From a virus (Duplodnaviria; Caudoviricetes): a DNA stretch of 64,000 bases. This document shows, piece by piece, positions 44,304 through 54,199 of this stretch. The stretch's first letter is position 1; each line of letters begins with the position of its first letter. The stretch covers positions 33,555 through 97,554 of the IMG/VR virus record IMGVR_UViG_3300039452_000187; one strand, given 5' to 3'. Position numbers and translations under genes: made by a program. The notes below the pieces were generated by a model. That model did no database searches. It was not told the DNA's origin and was given only the letters and a program-made list of their open reading frames with translations.

Positions 44304-45791
44304 TCATCGCTTCACCCCGAACAGTCCCCTTCTCACTACCGCCGAGCCACTCCGGCCGTCCCCGCCCTCACGGTCCCGTCGCGTCCCGCTTTCGTTCGCG
44401 CCCAGCCCCGCCGCGTGCGCCTGCTGCCGGGCCGTCAGGCCAATCTGTTCCCGTTCCGGCAGCTGCGAAGGCGCCGTAAACGGCACCCGCCCCGAACCGT
44501 CCAAATGCGCGACCATGTACCTGAGCCCATCCATGCCGTGATTGTTCTTATCAATCGGCACTTCCCCCTTTTTCCGGTTGTTCGTCAGGTCCCACACGTA
44601 CCCGTCAAACTCCTCTTCCGTACACGTGGGCAGCTTCAATTCCACCAACCCGCTATCCCGCTCCACCAGCGAATCCCGGAGCAGGAACAACCGCCCGCGT
44701 CCGTCCCCAGCCTTCCGTAACCGTGCCGCCACATGCTGCACGCCCGCTTCAATCGCCTTGACCGCTGGCACCGTCGACCGCCCCAGGTACTTTTCCAACG
44801 TGGCCCGCCCCTCGGCGTCATGGTCGCAAATGACCGCCGCCGGCGCCGGCTCGTCCTGGCTCAGTTCCCGAATTAACTTCGCGTGGTCCTCCACGAGCCG
44901 CTGCGCATGGTAAATCTCGCGGTAGCGGAATAGCCGGTCGTCCTCATCCTTGGCCCACCACTGGCACACAAACGCATTGGTGAACCCAAAGTCGATCGAC
45001 AAGTACCGCGACCAAGCTGCCGGAATGTCGAACCTATCAATCAGGTGCACCGCCCGGTCCCACTCCTCGTACACCACCCCTTCCGCCTGGACCCAGCGGC
45101 CATAGCGGAGCCGCAACTTGCGCGGCCCCGTCATGTTGTCGAGCTTTTGCAGGTACTTCTCGCCCTCTGGCGTCCACCCCTGCTTCTCGGCATCCCAGAT
45201 GGTGGGATTGTCCTCGTGCCTGGTGTCGATGAGGCGCGTCTGCCCATTGTCGCAGCGCTTCTTGAGCCAGTGCGTGGGCGTGTCGGGGTTGGTGTCAGCG
45301 ATGAGTTGCTGGTAGGGCATCCGGCCATTCCGCAAGGGCCGGGTCAGCAGTTCCCACTCGTTCTCGGTCAGCTCAATCGCTTCCTGGACATAGACGATAT
45401 CGTATTCCGTGGACAGGGTGCGCGAGGGCTTGTCGAGGCCGCCGACGACCAGCGTCGAGCCATTGGGGTAGTGGTAGGCTTGCCGTAGCCGCCGCTGCCC
45501 CCCGGACGAGAGGGCCGGGTGCCCCACCGGCAGCACCTTTTGCTCAAAGGTCACCAGGCCGGATTCAGTGAGCGAGTCGCGGGTCTTGCGGACAATCAGC
45601 CCACGCATCCCCGGGTACTTGGTGGCGCACGCATGGAGCTTTTCCAGGCACGTCCGCGACTTGCCGGTGCCGGCCGGCCCCGAGAGGAGCAGTTCGCCGT
45701 TGCGATCGCGAAGCACTTTCAGCACCGTCGGGTTCATGAGGAACGGCCGGCGGTCGGGGTGCAAATCGGCTTCGGGGACGGTGACCTGCAT
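44304..45791 (-). CDS. terL: Terminase large subunit
   Basis: GPAGTGKS Walker A, VYVQEA Walker B, DTNP, SIDFGF nuclease motif, NHGMDGLRY. Confidence 0.95.
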   Translation of the reverse strand: MQVTVPEADLHPDRRPFLMNPTVLKVLRDRNGELLLSGPAGTGKSRTCLEKLHACATKYPGMRGLIVRKTRDSLTESGLVTFEQKVLPVGHPALSSGGQRRLRQAYHYPNGSTLVVGGLDKPSRTLSTEYDIVYVQEAIELTENEWELLTRPLRNGRMPYQQLIADTNPDTPTHWLKKRCDNGQTRLIDTRHEDNPTIWDAEKQGWTPEGEKYLQKLDNMTGPRKLRLRYGRWVQAEGVVYEEWDRAVHLIDRFDIPAAWSRYLSIDFGFTNAFVCQWWAKDEDDRLFRYREIYHAQRLVEDHAKLIRELSQDEPAPAAVICDHDAEGRATLEKYLGRSTVPAVKAIEAGVQHVAARLRKAGDGRGRLFLLRDSLVERDSGLVELKLPTCTEEEFDGYVWDLTNNRKKGEVPIDKNNHGMDGLRYMVAHLDGSGRVPFTAPSQLPEREQIGLTARQQAHAAGLGANESGTRRDREGGDGRSGSAVVRRGLFGVKR

Positions 45792-45815
45792 CAGTCGCTC
45801 GCTTGAGTTGCCGGC

Positions 45816-46352
45816 TTAGACTTCGGCGGCCGGGTCGCCGCCGATATAGACCTTGACAATCTCTCCACTGTGCTCGTGCTTCTCGGTCCAGTCGCCCTTC
45901 TCCTGAGCCAACTGCTTTTGGTACTCGCGGTACTCCTTGAGCAGCCCCGTATCCACTTCATACTCTTCCACGCGTACGAAGTTGTCGCCGCCGCCCGTGC
46001 CCTTGATGGTCCGCACCTGAATACCCTGGTCGCCTCCCGGTGCCTTCTGGTGCTCGGGATCCTTGCCGCGGGCCTCAATCACCGCTTCCATCCGGGCCAG
46101 CATTCGCTTCAAAGATTCGATCCGGCGGGCGCGCCTGGCCAGCCCGCGGCTAATGATCCTCTCTTCGATTTCGGCCACCAACTCTTCCACTTTTTGGCTG
46201 AACTCAGGGACCGCCAACCATCGCCGCAGCGTCTTCTCGTCAATGTCGAGTTGCTCCGCGATCTTCCGGTTGGAAAGCTTGTCCTCCGCCAGCAGTTCAG
46301 CCGCCTGCAGCTTGATGCTATTCCATTTGAAACTATGGACATTTGTGGACAT
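45816..46352 (-). CDS. terS: Terminase small subunit (HTH)
   Basis: SNRKIAEQLDIDEKTLRRW; C-terminal EKHEHSGE; directly upstream of terL. Confidence 0.85.
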   Translation of the reverse strand: MSTNVHSFKWNSIKLQAAELLAEDKLSNRKIAEQLDIDEKTLRRWLAVPEFSQKVEELVAEIEERIISRGLARRARRIESLKRMLARMEAVIEARGKDPEHQKAPGGDQGIQVRTIKGTGGGDNFVRVEEYEVDTGLLKEYREYQKQLAQEKGDWTEKHEHSGEIVKVYIGGDPAAEV

Positions 46353-46719
46353 TTTCTGACTGTACACCCGCTCCCGCATTCGCCCCAAAAAACTGCCGAT
46401 GGGTCGGCAGCCCTTTCAGTTCCAACCATCGCGCCAGCACCCGCCCGACCCGTCGGAACAACTCACGCCCGCGACTGGCCCGCCGCTCGTAAATCGCCAG
46501 CAAGTGCGGCAACTCCACCGGCGAAGGCCGCACCACCCCGGTGCTGGTGTGAACCTCTCCCAACTGCCCCAGCACCACGCTGCACGCCGCACAGGCGGAT
46601 GACCCGCGCGGCACCGGCACCTTGCGACAAATCTTGCAAAACCGCCGCGTGTCCTTGTGACCCTGCTTGGGGCCGTCTTGTCCCGGCCGCCGCTCTTTTG
46701 TATGGTCGAAGCCAGACAT
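46333..46719 (-). CDS. Hypothetical zinc-finger protein
   Basis: CKIC...CAAC; YERRASRGRELF. Confidence 0.45.
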   Translation of the reverse strand: MSGFDHTKERRPGQDGPKQGHKDTRRFCKICRKVPVPRGSSACAACSVVLGQLGEVHTSTGVVRPSPVELPHLLAIYERRASRGRELFRRVGRVLARWLELKGLPTHRQFFGANAGAGVQSENVHKCP

Positions 46720-46840
46720 GGTCCTGTTCTCACCAACCGGACTGTGCCGAGAGCCGGACAACTGCGTTGACGCGCGGCCCGGCTCGTCTTTTGTAAGAGC
46801 AACAAGATCGCTTGTCAATCTCAGCCCACCACCCACACGG

Positions 46841-47797
46841 TCAAAACAGGTCGCGCTGTTCCACCGACTCAACCGTCTCCCCATTATCCGTTGCATCATC
46901 GTTGCTGCTGCCATAGATCGGCCCATTGACCAACAGCACCTCCGGCGCCACCTGCCCCTTGCTTCCTCTTTGGCCCTGGACCGCCAGCCCTTTCGCGCGC
47001 GAGCAGTCGAGCTTCTTCCACCCAGCCGCCGCCGGGTACAACTCGGCCAACTCCGGAGAGTCGTAGTAGCTCACCACGACGCGAGCTAACCGAAATTGCG
47101 ACAGCAGCCGCGCCAGTCGCTTGTGGTCCGCTGGGGCCAAATCGTGCGTGTAGACCGCACTGCCGCGACTGGAGGGCAGGTAGGGCGGGTCCACGTAAAT
47201 CGCCACCCCGTCCTGGTCCTCGATCTTCTCCAGCAGTAAGAACCCGTCCCGGCGCAGGATGGTGACTTTCCTGAGCCGGCGCCGCCAGGCCGGGATAGAA
47301 TCGACCGCCGACGCGAACCTGGTGCCCTGGATACCGCCGTTCAGGGTGTAGCGCACGCAGAAATTATTATTCCACTGTCTCGTCCCGATGACGCCGTTGC
47401 GGCCCACCCACGAGGCGACGAAGAAGTGGTAAGCGCGGTCCAGGTCCGGTGAGGCATCGTTCATGATGTCTGGGGCTGCCTTGAGGAAGTTGGCCGATTG
47501 CCAAAAGATGCCCTCATGGACAAGTGTCCGGCGCAAGCGCCGATAAAGGGCGGGGGCGAGCCGATCATCGCGGACCACGAGGGCCAGATTAATCAAATCC
47601 CCGTGAAGGTCGTTCACGGTTTCCTGCGAGCAAGCCGGCTTCTCCAACAAAACCGCCATAGAACCACAAAATGGCTCCCAATAACAGCGGTGCTTGCCGA
47701 GTTGCTGTACGATGGTCGGCGCCATGGTCCGTTTCCCACCGAACCAGGGAGCGATGGCGGTAATCTTCATGGCGGGCTGCGCTGCCGAAGAAGACAT
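46841..47797 (-). CDS. dam: DNA adenine methyltransferase (Dam/D12 class)
   Basis: PWFGGK, EPFCGS, VNDL, YVDPPY. Confidence 0.92.
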   Translation of the reverse strand: MSSSAAQPAMKITAIAPWFGGKRTMAPTIVQQLGKHRCYWEPFCGSMAVLLEKPACSQETVNDLHGDLINLALVVRDDRLAPALYRRLRRTLVHEGIFWQSANFLKAAPDIMNDASPDLDRAYHFFVASWVGRNGVIGTRQWNNNFCVRYTLNGGIQGTRFASAVDSIPAWRRRLRKVTILRRDGFLLLEKIEDQDGVAIYVDPPYLPSSRGSAVYTHDLAPADHKRLARLLSQFRLARVVVSYYDSPELAELYPAAAGWKKLDCSRAKGLAVQGQRGSKGQVAPEVLLVNGPIYGSSNDDATDNGETVESVEQRDLF

Positions 47798-48073
47798 CTT
47801 AAGACTCCTACGTCTGTGCCTGTATCTGTGCCTGTGCCTTGGTCTGTGCCTGTGACTCACTCGACGCTGGCAAGCCCCGGCAGCGGACGCGCCGGGCTAC
47901 CTCTCTGGCCCACTGCCAGAAATCCGCCCGGGCCTCCTCTGGCGTCTGCCGATTCTGGCCGCCGCTGGCCGTGCAGCAGAACCAACTGTACTGCCCGTCG
48001 CTCCAGCGGTGCGTCATGGCTGCGAGGATGACGTCGTAAGCTGCCGCCTTCTCGTCCCGGCTGACCGGCAGCG

Positions 48074-48988
48074 TTACCAGAGAAGGAGCTGCCTCGTGGG
48101 CCGCACCCTGGGTGGCCTCCGGTAATGCTGACTTTGCCGCAGTGTTCTCAGGCTCTCCTTGCATATTTCCGTGTTCTCCTCCCAGGTGGCCGCGTAGGCG
48201 CCGGCCCGCACCCGATCCTTCCAGCACGATTGCAGTACCGGCCCGCTCGAGTCTGTGCTGAGCGTCAACCCATGCTGGTCACACAACCAAAGCAACCCAC
48301 CAAGCACCGGCCGGAACATGACGCCAAAGATATGAACCCGACTCACGCCGGCGTCGGCAATGAGCGGCAGCACCGACCAGGCCGTGGCCCAGAACGTGGG
48401 AATCCACCGCCGGAACCAGCCGAGAATGCACCAGCCGCCCAGCCCAATCCAGTCCGCCGGAATCGCGCACTGCAACACGCCCTCAACACACTCCCGGTAC
48501 TGCTGCGCGTCCACGCCCTGGCAAGCCAGCACGAGCTTGCGCGGCTCGAGCCGGTATCGCTGCGAGGACAGGTAGGCCGCCGCGTCCACGGTGATTGCCA
48601 CGGCCCGCTCGGCGTCCTCAACTGTCCACCGCTCCTTGCGGCGGCGGCCGTTGTGCCACTTCTCGTCAATCAAACAGTCATAGCTGACGAGGGCCTCGGC
48701 CTGCCACGGGTAGCCCCAGAAGCGGTGGGCTTCGCGCTCCCAACGCAACTGCCGCTCAAGGGCTGCGGCACAATCCAACCGCGCCTCCGGCGCGTCGGAG
48801 AATGCGCCGGAGAATGCGCCGGAATCCAGGATGCCAACCACCTGTGCTGCTTCCGTTGCGGTGAACCGCGACTTGGGACCATAAGCCCCACTGAAGCAAC
48901 GTCGGCCCGTCAGGTTGAGCCGTCGGCTCTGGACGTTCTGCGCATCCGCGCCGACGTACAGCAACACTCCCTCGTCCTTGTCCGGCAT
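48074..48988 (-). CDS. TGT/DpdA-like transglycosylase (possible deazaguanine DNA modification)
   Basis: LDSGAFS, SYD, CQG, IGLGG, VHIFGV, STDSS: motif order of the TGT TIM barrel. Confidence 0.7.
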   Translation of the reverse strand: MPDKDEGVLLYVGADAQNVQSRRLNLTGRRCFSGAYGPKSRFTATEAAQVVGILDSGAFSGAFSDAPEARLDCAAALERQLRWEREAHRFWGYPWQAEALVSYDCLIDEKWHNGRRRKERWTVEDAERAVAITVDAAAYLSSQRYRLEPRKLVLACQGVDAQQYRECVEGVLQCAIPADWIGLGGWCILGWFRRWIPTFWATAWSVLPLIADAGVSRVHIFGVMFRPVLGGLLWLCDQHGLTLSTDSSGPVLQSCWKDRVRAGAYAATWEENTEICKESLRTLRQSQHYRRPPRVRPTRQLLLW

Positions 48989-49005
48989 GACCGCTCCTTT
49001 GCTGC

Positions 49006-49281
49006 CTACTCCCTGCTTCCATCCAGCCCCAGCAACTCCAGCATCTTCCCCTGTGGCTGCCGCCCATGCTCTTTATGGGACCACACCGGCTCCTGCCCAT
49101 TCCGGCGGTGCTCGATGCGACAGCCAGCCGCTCGCAACTCCTGGTCAACCACATGCCAGGGGCGGCGCTCGCGCCAGGCATGCAACGAGTCATCGGCCTC
49201 GGCGCCGTCGTGGCACTTTTTCCCTTTGCCGCCCATCAGTCCCACGCCCACTTCCTCCCGTTCAGCCCAGCCCGCCGACAC
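49006..49281 (-). CDS. Small hypothetical protein
   Basis: Fills the operon gap; start uncertain. Confidence 0.4.
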   Translation of the reverse strand: MSAGWAEREEVGVGLMGGKGKKCHDGAEADDSLHAWRERRPWHVVDQELRAAGCRIEHRRNGQEPVWSHKEHGRQPQGKMLELLGLDGSRE

Positions 49282-49296
49282 TTGCTCTGTTGCCGC

Positions 49297-50157
49297 TTAC
49301 GGCTCCCCCAGCCAGCACGGAATCCCATCCTCATCCAGGGCCTGTCCCAGCATGTCCCCGAGCTGTAATTCCGCCCGCGCCAGCCCGTTCTCCAGCTGCC
49401 CCGGCAGCGGTGTCAGCTTGAACTTCTGCACCTGGGCCTGAATGTCCACGTCAAAGCTACATTCGATCTGTAGCCGAATCTGCGGGAAGCCACTGGCGAA
49501 CACCAACACATCCAGACTCACGTACTCCGGCAGCTGCCCCGCGCCGCTCACCTTGGCAATCATCGACTTGCCGACCGATGACCCATCGTTCCGCACGGCA
49601 CTGTCGCCGCTGGCGGTGACGTTCCAGTTGATCTCCTTCACCACGTCCACGAAGCTCCGGTCCTGTCCCAGGCAGTCACGGAACACCGTCTTGAGCAGCA
49701 ACAAGAGGGGCTTGTGCTCGAGCCAGGTATCGCCTTCCAGCGCCTGCAGCTTTTTCCACTGAGCCGACAGGGTCAAAGGCAGGGTGCAGCGATCGCGACG
49801 GGTGCTATCCTCCTCGATGCACACCACACCTTTCCGTGAATACCAGCACACCGGCCCAAGCGACCGGCCCAGGATCGCCGCTGCCGCTACTGTCTCAGCC
49901 TTCCCGCCACTCCGGCGCTCCCCGGCCGGGCCGTTGCCGCTTTGCAGCCGCTTGGCCCGCTTGGCGAACTGGATCACCGTTTCCAGGCTACCGGCTGTGT
50001 GCAGCCGCATCCCTGGGGCCGCCTCCACCCGCACCGGCTTGCCGTCGCCGTCGAGTAGGTAATAGACGTAGGACGGCTCCAGGTCCGGTTTCTTGAACTG
50101 CAAGCCCTTGGCCTTGGTTGCCAACTCACCGATGGCTTTCACGAAGTCACTGAGCAT
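49297..50157 (-). CDS. Phage protein, YfdQ/DUF2303-like
   Basis: SLETVIQF...LTLSAQWKKL...LPEYVSLDVLVF; paired with the upstream small gene. Confidence 0.6.
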   Translation of the reverse strand: MLSDFVKAIGELATKAKGLQFKKPDLEPSYVYYLLDGDGKPVRVEAAPGMRLHTAGSLETVIQFAKRAKRLQSGNGPAGERRSGGKAETVAAAAILGRSLGPVCWYSRKGVVCIEEDSTRRDRCTLPLTLSAQWKKLQALEGDTWLEHKPLLLLLKTVFRDCLGQDRSFVDVVKEINWNVTASGDSAVRNDGSSVGKSMIAKVSGAGQLPEYVSLDVLVFASGFPQIRLQIECSFDVDIQAQVQKFKLTPLPGQLENGLARAELQLGDMLGQALDEDGIPCWLGEP

Positions 50158-50260
50158 CGCTCACCAACCCTTCCTGCCCCCCCCTATGAGGGCCATGTAT
50201 CAATCCACGCGCCGGTTGATAGGTTTTGATAGTTGCCTGGTCGCTGGTCGCTCCCGTTCG

Positions 50261-50629
50261 TTACTTCCCTTTACCGCTGCTGCCGCCGCTCTCATCCTCC
50301 GCGTCCATGAACGTGCCTTGGTCGGGCCGCTCCGGGTTGTTACTCTGGAAGGTCATTTGCACGCCCACTCCCGGCCGCACCCTAAAATCGCCGAACGTGG
50401 TATGCGAGGCCCGCGGCGGCAGCACCGCCTTGCAAGCCACCTTGGTTGCCACGCCGCCGCCGTCGGTGAGTTTCAGCTTCACCTTGATATCGACTTCTCG
50501 AACCTTGCCATCCTTGCCGCGATCTTCCAAATCCGTCACCGCTTCGGCAATCGCGGCGTCTACCATTGCCCGCACCAGGCCATTGTCCAGTTCGCCCATC
50601 CGGTCCAGGGTCAAGGGTACTTTTGCCAT
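50261..50629 (-). CDS. Phage protein usually paired with the YfdQ-like gene
   Basis: LDNG...DLEDR...KVREVDIKVKLK...KAVLPP. Confidence 0.6.
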   Translation of the reverse strand: MAKVPLTLDRMGELDNGLVRAMVDAAIAEAVTDLEDRGKDGKVREVDIKVKLKLTDGGGVATKVACKAVLPPRASHTTFGDFRVRPGVGVQMTFQSNNPERPDQGTFMDAEDESGGSSGKGK

Positions 50630-50736
50630 CGCTCCCACCTTTCACGCTGTTGCTCAGGGTTGTTCGTGTTGGCTGCTGTTTCTTCTTTACCTCAAGCCGG
50701 CCGCACAATACAGCCATCTACGACCGTTTTCCAATC

Positions 50737-51297
50737 TTACCCGCCTTCACCGCTCGTTACCACCGTTCCTTTTGGTGCCGCTGACACCGCGTTGACACCA
50801 GCCGCCCCAGCGCCGGCCAACGTCCCCGCGATCTGTTCCTCACGCCACCACTCGGCCAGCACCAGGATCCGCTCCAGCATCCGCCGGTACTCGTCCTCGT
50901 TCCGCACCGGCACCGCGCCGACCGGTTGCCCGCACTCCCACTTGGCTTCAATCTCCAGCCCCTGCCGCCAGATCGACGCCCACACGTCGGCGGTCAGCCG
51001 CACCGCTGGCGTGCCGCTCACCACGTCCCCGCCCGGACTGAGCCGCAGCCAACCGCCAGCGGGGTCGCCGTCATCGGCGAAGACGACGCGAAGTTCGTTG
51101 GGTAGCCCCGGCGAATCAGGGAGTCGCACCGCTCGGAGGTCTTGGGCGACGTAGATGGCCACCTGTTTTTCCCCTTCTCGGCTCACCCAGGTGCCGACGC
51201 GCCGTAGCCATTCAGTTAGTGGTGTCTTTAGGCCGCCGCGCGTCGGCACTTCGGGAACTCTCTCGCCACCTTCCCCATCTTGACACCAACCCTTCAC
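50737..51297 (-). CDS. Hypothetical protein
   Basis: Fills gap; start uncertain. Confidence 0.4.
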   Translation of the reverse strand: MKGWCQDGEGGERVPEVPTRGGLKTPLTEWLRRVGTWVSREGEKQVAIYVAQDLRAVRLPDSPGLPNELRVVFADDGDPAGGWLRLSPGGDVVSGTPAVRLTADVWASIWRQGLEIEAKWECGQPVGAVPVRNEDEYRRMLERILVLAEWWREEQIAGTLAGAGAAGVNAVSAAPKGTVVTSGEGG

Positions 51298-51504
51298 AAC
51301 TTTGAGTACGTTCTATATATCTGTATCCAGTTCTCCCAATTGTCACCTGGTGTAGATCTTCTCCGGTTCCCGCCAGCGAAGCTGCTTGACGAGTCGGTTG
51401 CAACTCTGCAAAGGTTCGATCCTCTGTCGTGTCATGGTGGGCTTGCTTGCCGGGCTTGCGTGCCGTTGGAGTCCTGCTACTGTTGTCGATCTTTCTGAGC
51501 CAGG

Positions 51505-53670
51505 CTAATTCTGCTGGTGTCGCGGCTGGCGGCAGTTTCTGAAGACATGGGCGAACCACGAGCCGACATTGCCGCCGACACTGTTCGACTGGTCGCCACT
51601 CTGTTCGTTGCTGCCGTCTTCGTATCCCTCTTCCTCGTACACACGAGCCTGGCACATCGCCGGATCGGCTTCCTGCAGCATGAGTTGCCGGTACAGTCCT
51701 CGCACCTGTCGCGCCCCCCAGGTGACAGGGTGCCGGAAATACAGGATGCGTTGGAAGTAGCCACTCGGCGCCGCACCCAGGCGACGGTTGCAGCCCACAG
51801 CCGTAGCCGGTTCAGTTGCCGTTGCTGCTGTCGCCTCTGTCGCCTCTGTTCCTTCGCCGGTTGGTTGCCCTGGTGGCCCGCTCGCTGCTGCTGGCGGATT
51901 GCGCGTCCGCAAACCCCCGCCAAATCCTCTTTCAGGATCCACCGTGACCCCATTCGCCTCGATGATCTCCTGAATCGTCCCATCCTCGAGATCTTGCGGC
52001 AGATGCTTCCCTTCCTCCCACAGGTTCGTTTGCGCCCGCCGCTCGGGTGGCAGTGCCCAGCGCTTGCCGGCCCAGACGAAAGCACCATAGCCGTGGTGGC
52101 GGTCAATCGCCTGGCACAGGATCTCCACGGCCTCGTCCGCCGTAATCTCCTTGGTGCCCTCCGGGAAGCGGTCCACCGGCAAGCCAGCGATGACGCAGCC
52201 GACCACGATCAAGCCGGCTTCGGGCAGCCGCGCGACGCGGGCAAAGTTGCCGGCGAACCAGCGCGAGCCGTTGCGTTGATACTCCCAGGTGTCGCACTCG
52301 AAGGCGAAGAACCGTCCGTGGGAGTGCTTGACGCGCGAGCGGAAATTCTCCTTCCAGCGCTCCTTGCGCATGCGGATGCAGTGGACACAGGTTTTGCAGC
52401 GGTGCTCGCAGATACGCGAATGTCGCTGGTTCTTCGCGGGCTGGAAGAACTTCTTGGGGCGCAGGCAGCGGAGGTCAACCACATCGTACTTCAGGTAGCG
52501 GAGGCGGGCTTCCAGTTCGTCCTGTTGTTGGCGGTCCGCGGCCAGTTGGCGCTGCAGGGCGGCGTCGTAGAAACGGCCTGGCCTCTCCGGTGTCATGAGG
52601 GTCGCGCCGTCTGAGCCAGGAGGCGATATCAGCTGCCCGGAACAGTCGGGGCTATCGAGCAGGGCTGCGGCGAAGGCACGCCCGGCCGCTGCCAGGTCAC
52701 TCGACCATTCCAGGTGGGACGGCAGGTTGGGAATGGCCGCACAGAGCCAGGCCCGCACGTCCTTGGCGCCAGCCGGCGGGAAGGCGACGCGCACCGGCCG
52801 GTTCAGCAGTAGGGCCAAGCGCTGGGCCGTGTGCTGGGCGCCGTCGCGGCCGGGCCAGGTGCCGTCTGGCTTCTGGTCGTTCTCCCCCAGGACGATGATC
52901 TCTCGTACCGGTGCTGGTCCGTCGTTTCCAGCCTCAACCCAGCGCTCGGCGTGGTCCTCGAGGGCAGCGTTGAGCAGTGGCGCCAGCAGGTCGACGCCGC
53001 CCGTGTTGGACGGGCGGCCGATCGCGGACAGTCCTATTGCCAGACAGCTCAGGACGTCGCTGGCCCCTTCGGGAAGCAGAATCGGGCCGGCCTGGTCCAG
53101 GTCCCATTGAGTGGCATAACATAGGCCGCGCGCGCCGTGCGAGCGCTTCGCGTTGTCCAGGTAGCGGAAGGCGTAGCCGATGACCGAGCCGGACTCGTTT
53201 TTCTCCTCGCTGACAAAGCAGCTGCGGCCGTAGGTGTCGTTGGCGAGAAAGCCGACGCGGAGCTTGAGAAACACCCATTCGGGCAGGCCCAGCATCGCGG
53301 ACAGCTTCTGCGCCGGGTCGTCGCCCACAGCCAAGGGCCGGCTTTCTTCGGCCACGTAATGGAGCAGTGAGCGCGGCAGCTCATCCAGGGTCGCCGGCCG
53401 CTTCGGCTTCTTCTTCTCTTGCTGGCTCCGCTTCGGGGCCGCCGGCTCCTCGGTGTGAAAGGGCGCCGGTCCGAGCGCGGCATCAACCAGGTACAGGCCC
53501 CAGATGTCGCCGCCTACCGGGCCGCTGGTGCGGAGGAAGTTGAAGCCGTCCACGTCCTCGCCGCGGCGGTAGTAGCAGAAGTAGAGGTCGTCGGCGTGGC
53601 GGCAGTTGCCGTTGCGGCCGCCGCAAATGGCGCAGGGATGGTACGCACTACTGTATCGGAAAGATGACAT
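51505..53670 (-). CDS. DNA primase-like replication protein (Zn finger + TOPRIM + C-terminal Cys-rich domain)
   Basis: CAICG..C..C; LPEGASD, AIGRP, LGEND, PPAGAKDVRAW. Confidence 0.85.
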   Translation of the reverse strand: MSSFRYSSAYHPCAICGGRNGNCRHADDLYFCYYRRGEDVDGFNFLRTSGPVGGDIWGLYLVDAALGPAPFHTEEPAAPKRSQQEKKKPKRPATLDELPRSLLHYVAEESRPLAVGDDPAQKLSAMLGLPEWVFLKLRVGFLANDTYGRSCFVSEEKNESGSVIGYAFRYLDNAKRSHGARGLCYATQWDLDQAGPILLPEGASDVLSCLAIGLSAIGRPSNTGGVDLLAPLLNAALEDHAERWVEAGNDGPAPVREIIVLGENDQKPDGTWPGRDGAQHTAQRLALLLNRPVRVAFPPAGAKDVRAWLCAAIPNLPSHLEWSSDLAAAGRAFAAALLDSPDCSGQLISPPGSDGATLMTPERPGRFYDAALQRQLAADRQQQDELEARLRYLKYDVVDLRCLRPKKFFQPAKNQRHSRICEHRCKTCVHCIRMRKERWKENFRSRVKHSHGRFFAFECDTWEYQRNGSRWFAGNFARVARLPEAGLIVVGCVIAGLPVDRFPEGTKEITADEAVEILCQAIDRHHGYGAFVWAGKRWALPPERRAQTNLWEEGKHLPQDLEDGTIQEIIEANGVTVDPERGFGGGLRTRNPPAAASGPPGQPTGEGTEATEATAATATEPATAVGCNRRLGAAPSGYFQRILYFRHPVTWGARQVRGLYRQLMLQEADPAMCQARVYEEEGYEDGSNEQSGDQSNSVGGNVGSWFAHVFRNCRQPRHQQN

Positions 53671-53696
53671 GGATATTCCTCATTGGGTCAACAGAT

Positions 53697-53921
53697 TTAT
53701 GATTCCACCCGTCCTTCGTTTCCTTCCAAGCCGCCAGCCGTTTTCCCTACCGCTGCCGCTACCGGAGACATTGCCCCCGCCACATACGCCACCCACATCC
53801 GGCGGGTGATGGGATCCTCGATGCGGGCCGCGCGGCCGGGGTACGTGTCCTGGTACCACGAACAGAATCGCTGCCACAGAGCCTTGATGGCCGGATCAAC
53901 CTCGGCCGGTGCTGCTGCCAT
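53697..53921 (-). CDS. Hypothetical protein
   Basis: 74 aa in operon. Confidence 0.5.
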   Translation of the reverse strand: MAAAPAEVDPAIKALWQRFCSWYQDTYPGRAARIEDPITRRMWVAYVAGAMSPVAAAVGKTAGGLEGNEGRVES

Positions 53922-53924
53922 CGC

Positions 53925-54176
53925 TCACTTCCTTTTGGTTCGTCGCTGGCGGTGTGGCGCGGCGACCACGGTGCGGCCGCGCTCGCTCAGTTCGTACAGG
54001 GCCGTCCGGTCGCGGACCACCATGTCATTAGCCATCAGCCCTTCGAGCGCCGTCCGCGTTTCCTGCAGCGTCTCGTAATCCTCCGTGCCGCCGCAGCGTG
54101 CCTGCGCCAATTTCCGCGCCGAGCACGGCTCGTGGACCGACAAGAGCACCAGCACGTCTTTGGCGACGCCGTTCAT
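53925..54176 (-). CDS. Small winged-helix protein
   Basis: SARKLA...LEGLMANDMV...YELSERGR. Confidence 0.6.
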   Translation of the reverse strand: MNGVAKDVLVLLSVHEPCSARKLAQARCGGTEDYETLQETRTALEGLMANDMVVRDRTALYELSERGRTVVAAPHRQRRTKRK

Positions 54177-54199
54177 CGTTGAACCATCTGCCTGATTAC

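Noticed and set aside
49006-49281. HicA-like toxin
   Set aside because: Only vague resemblance; lacks the GSH motif and a HicB partner
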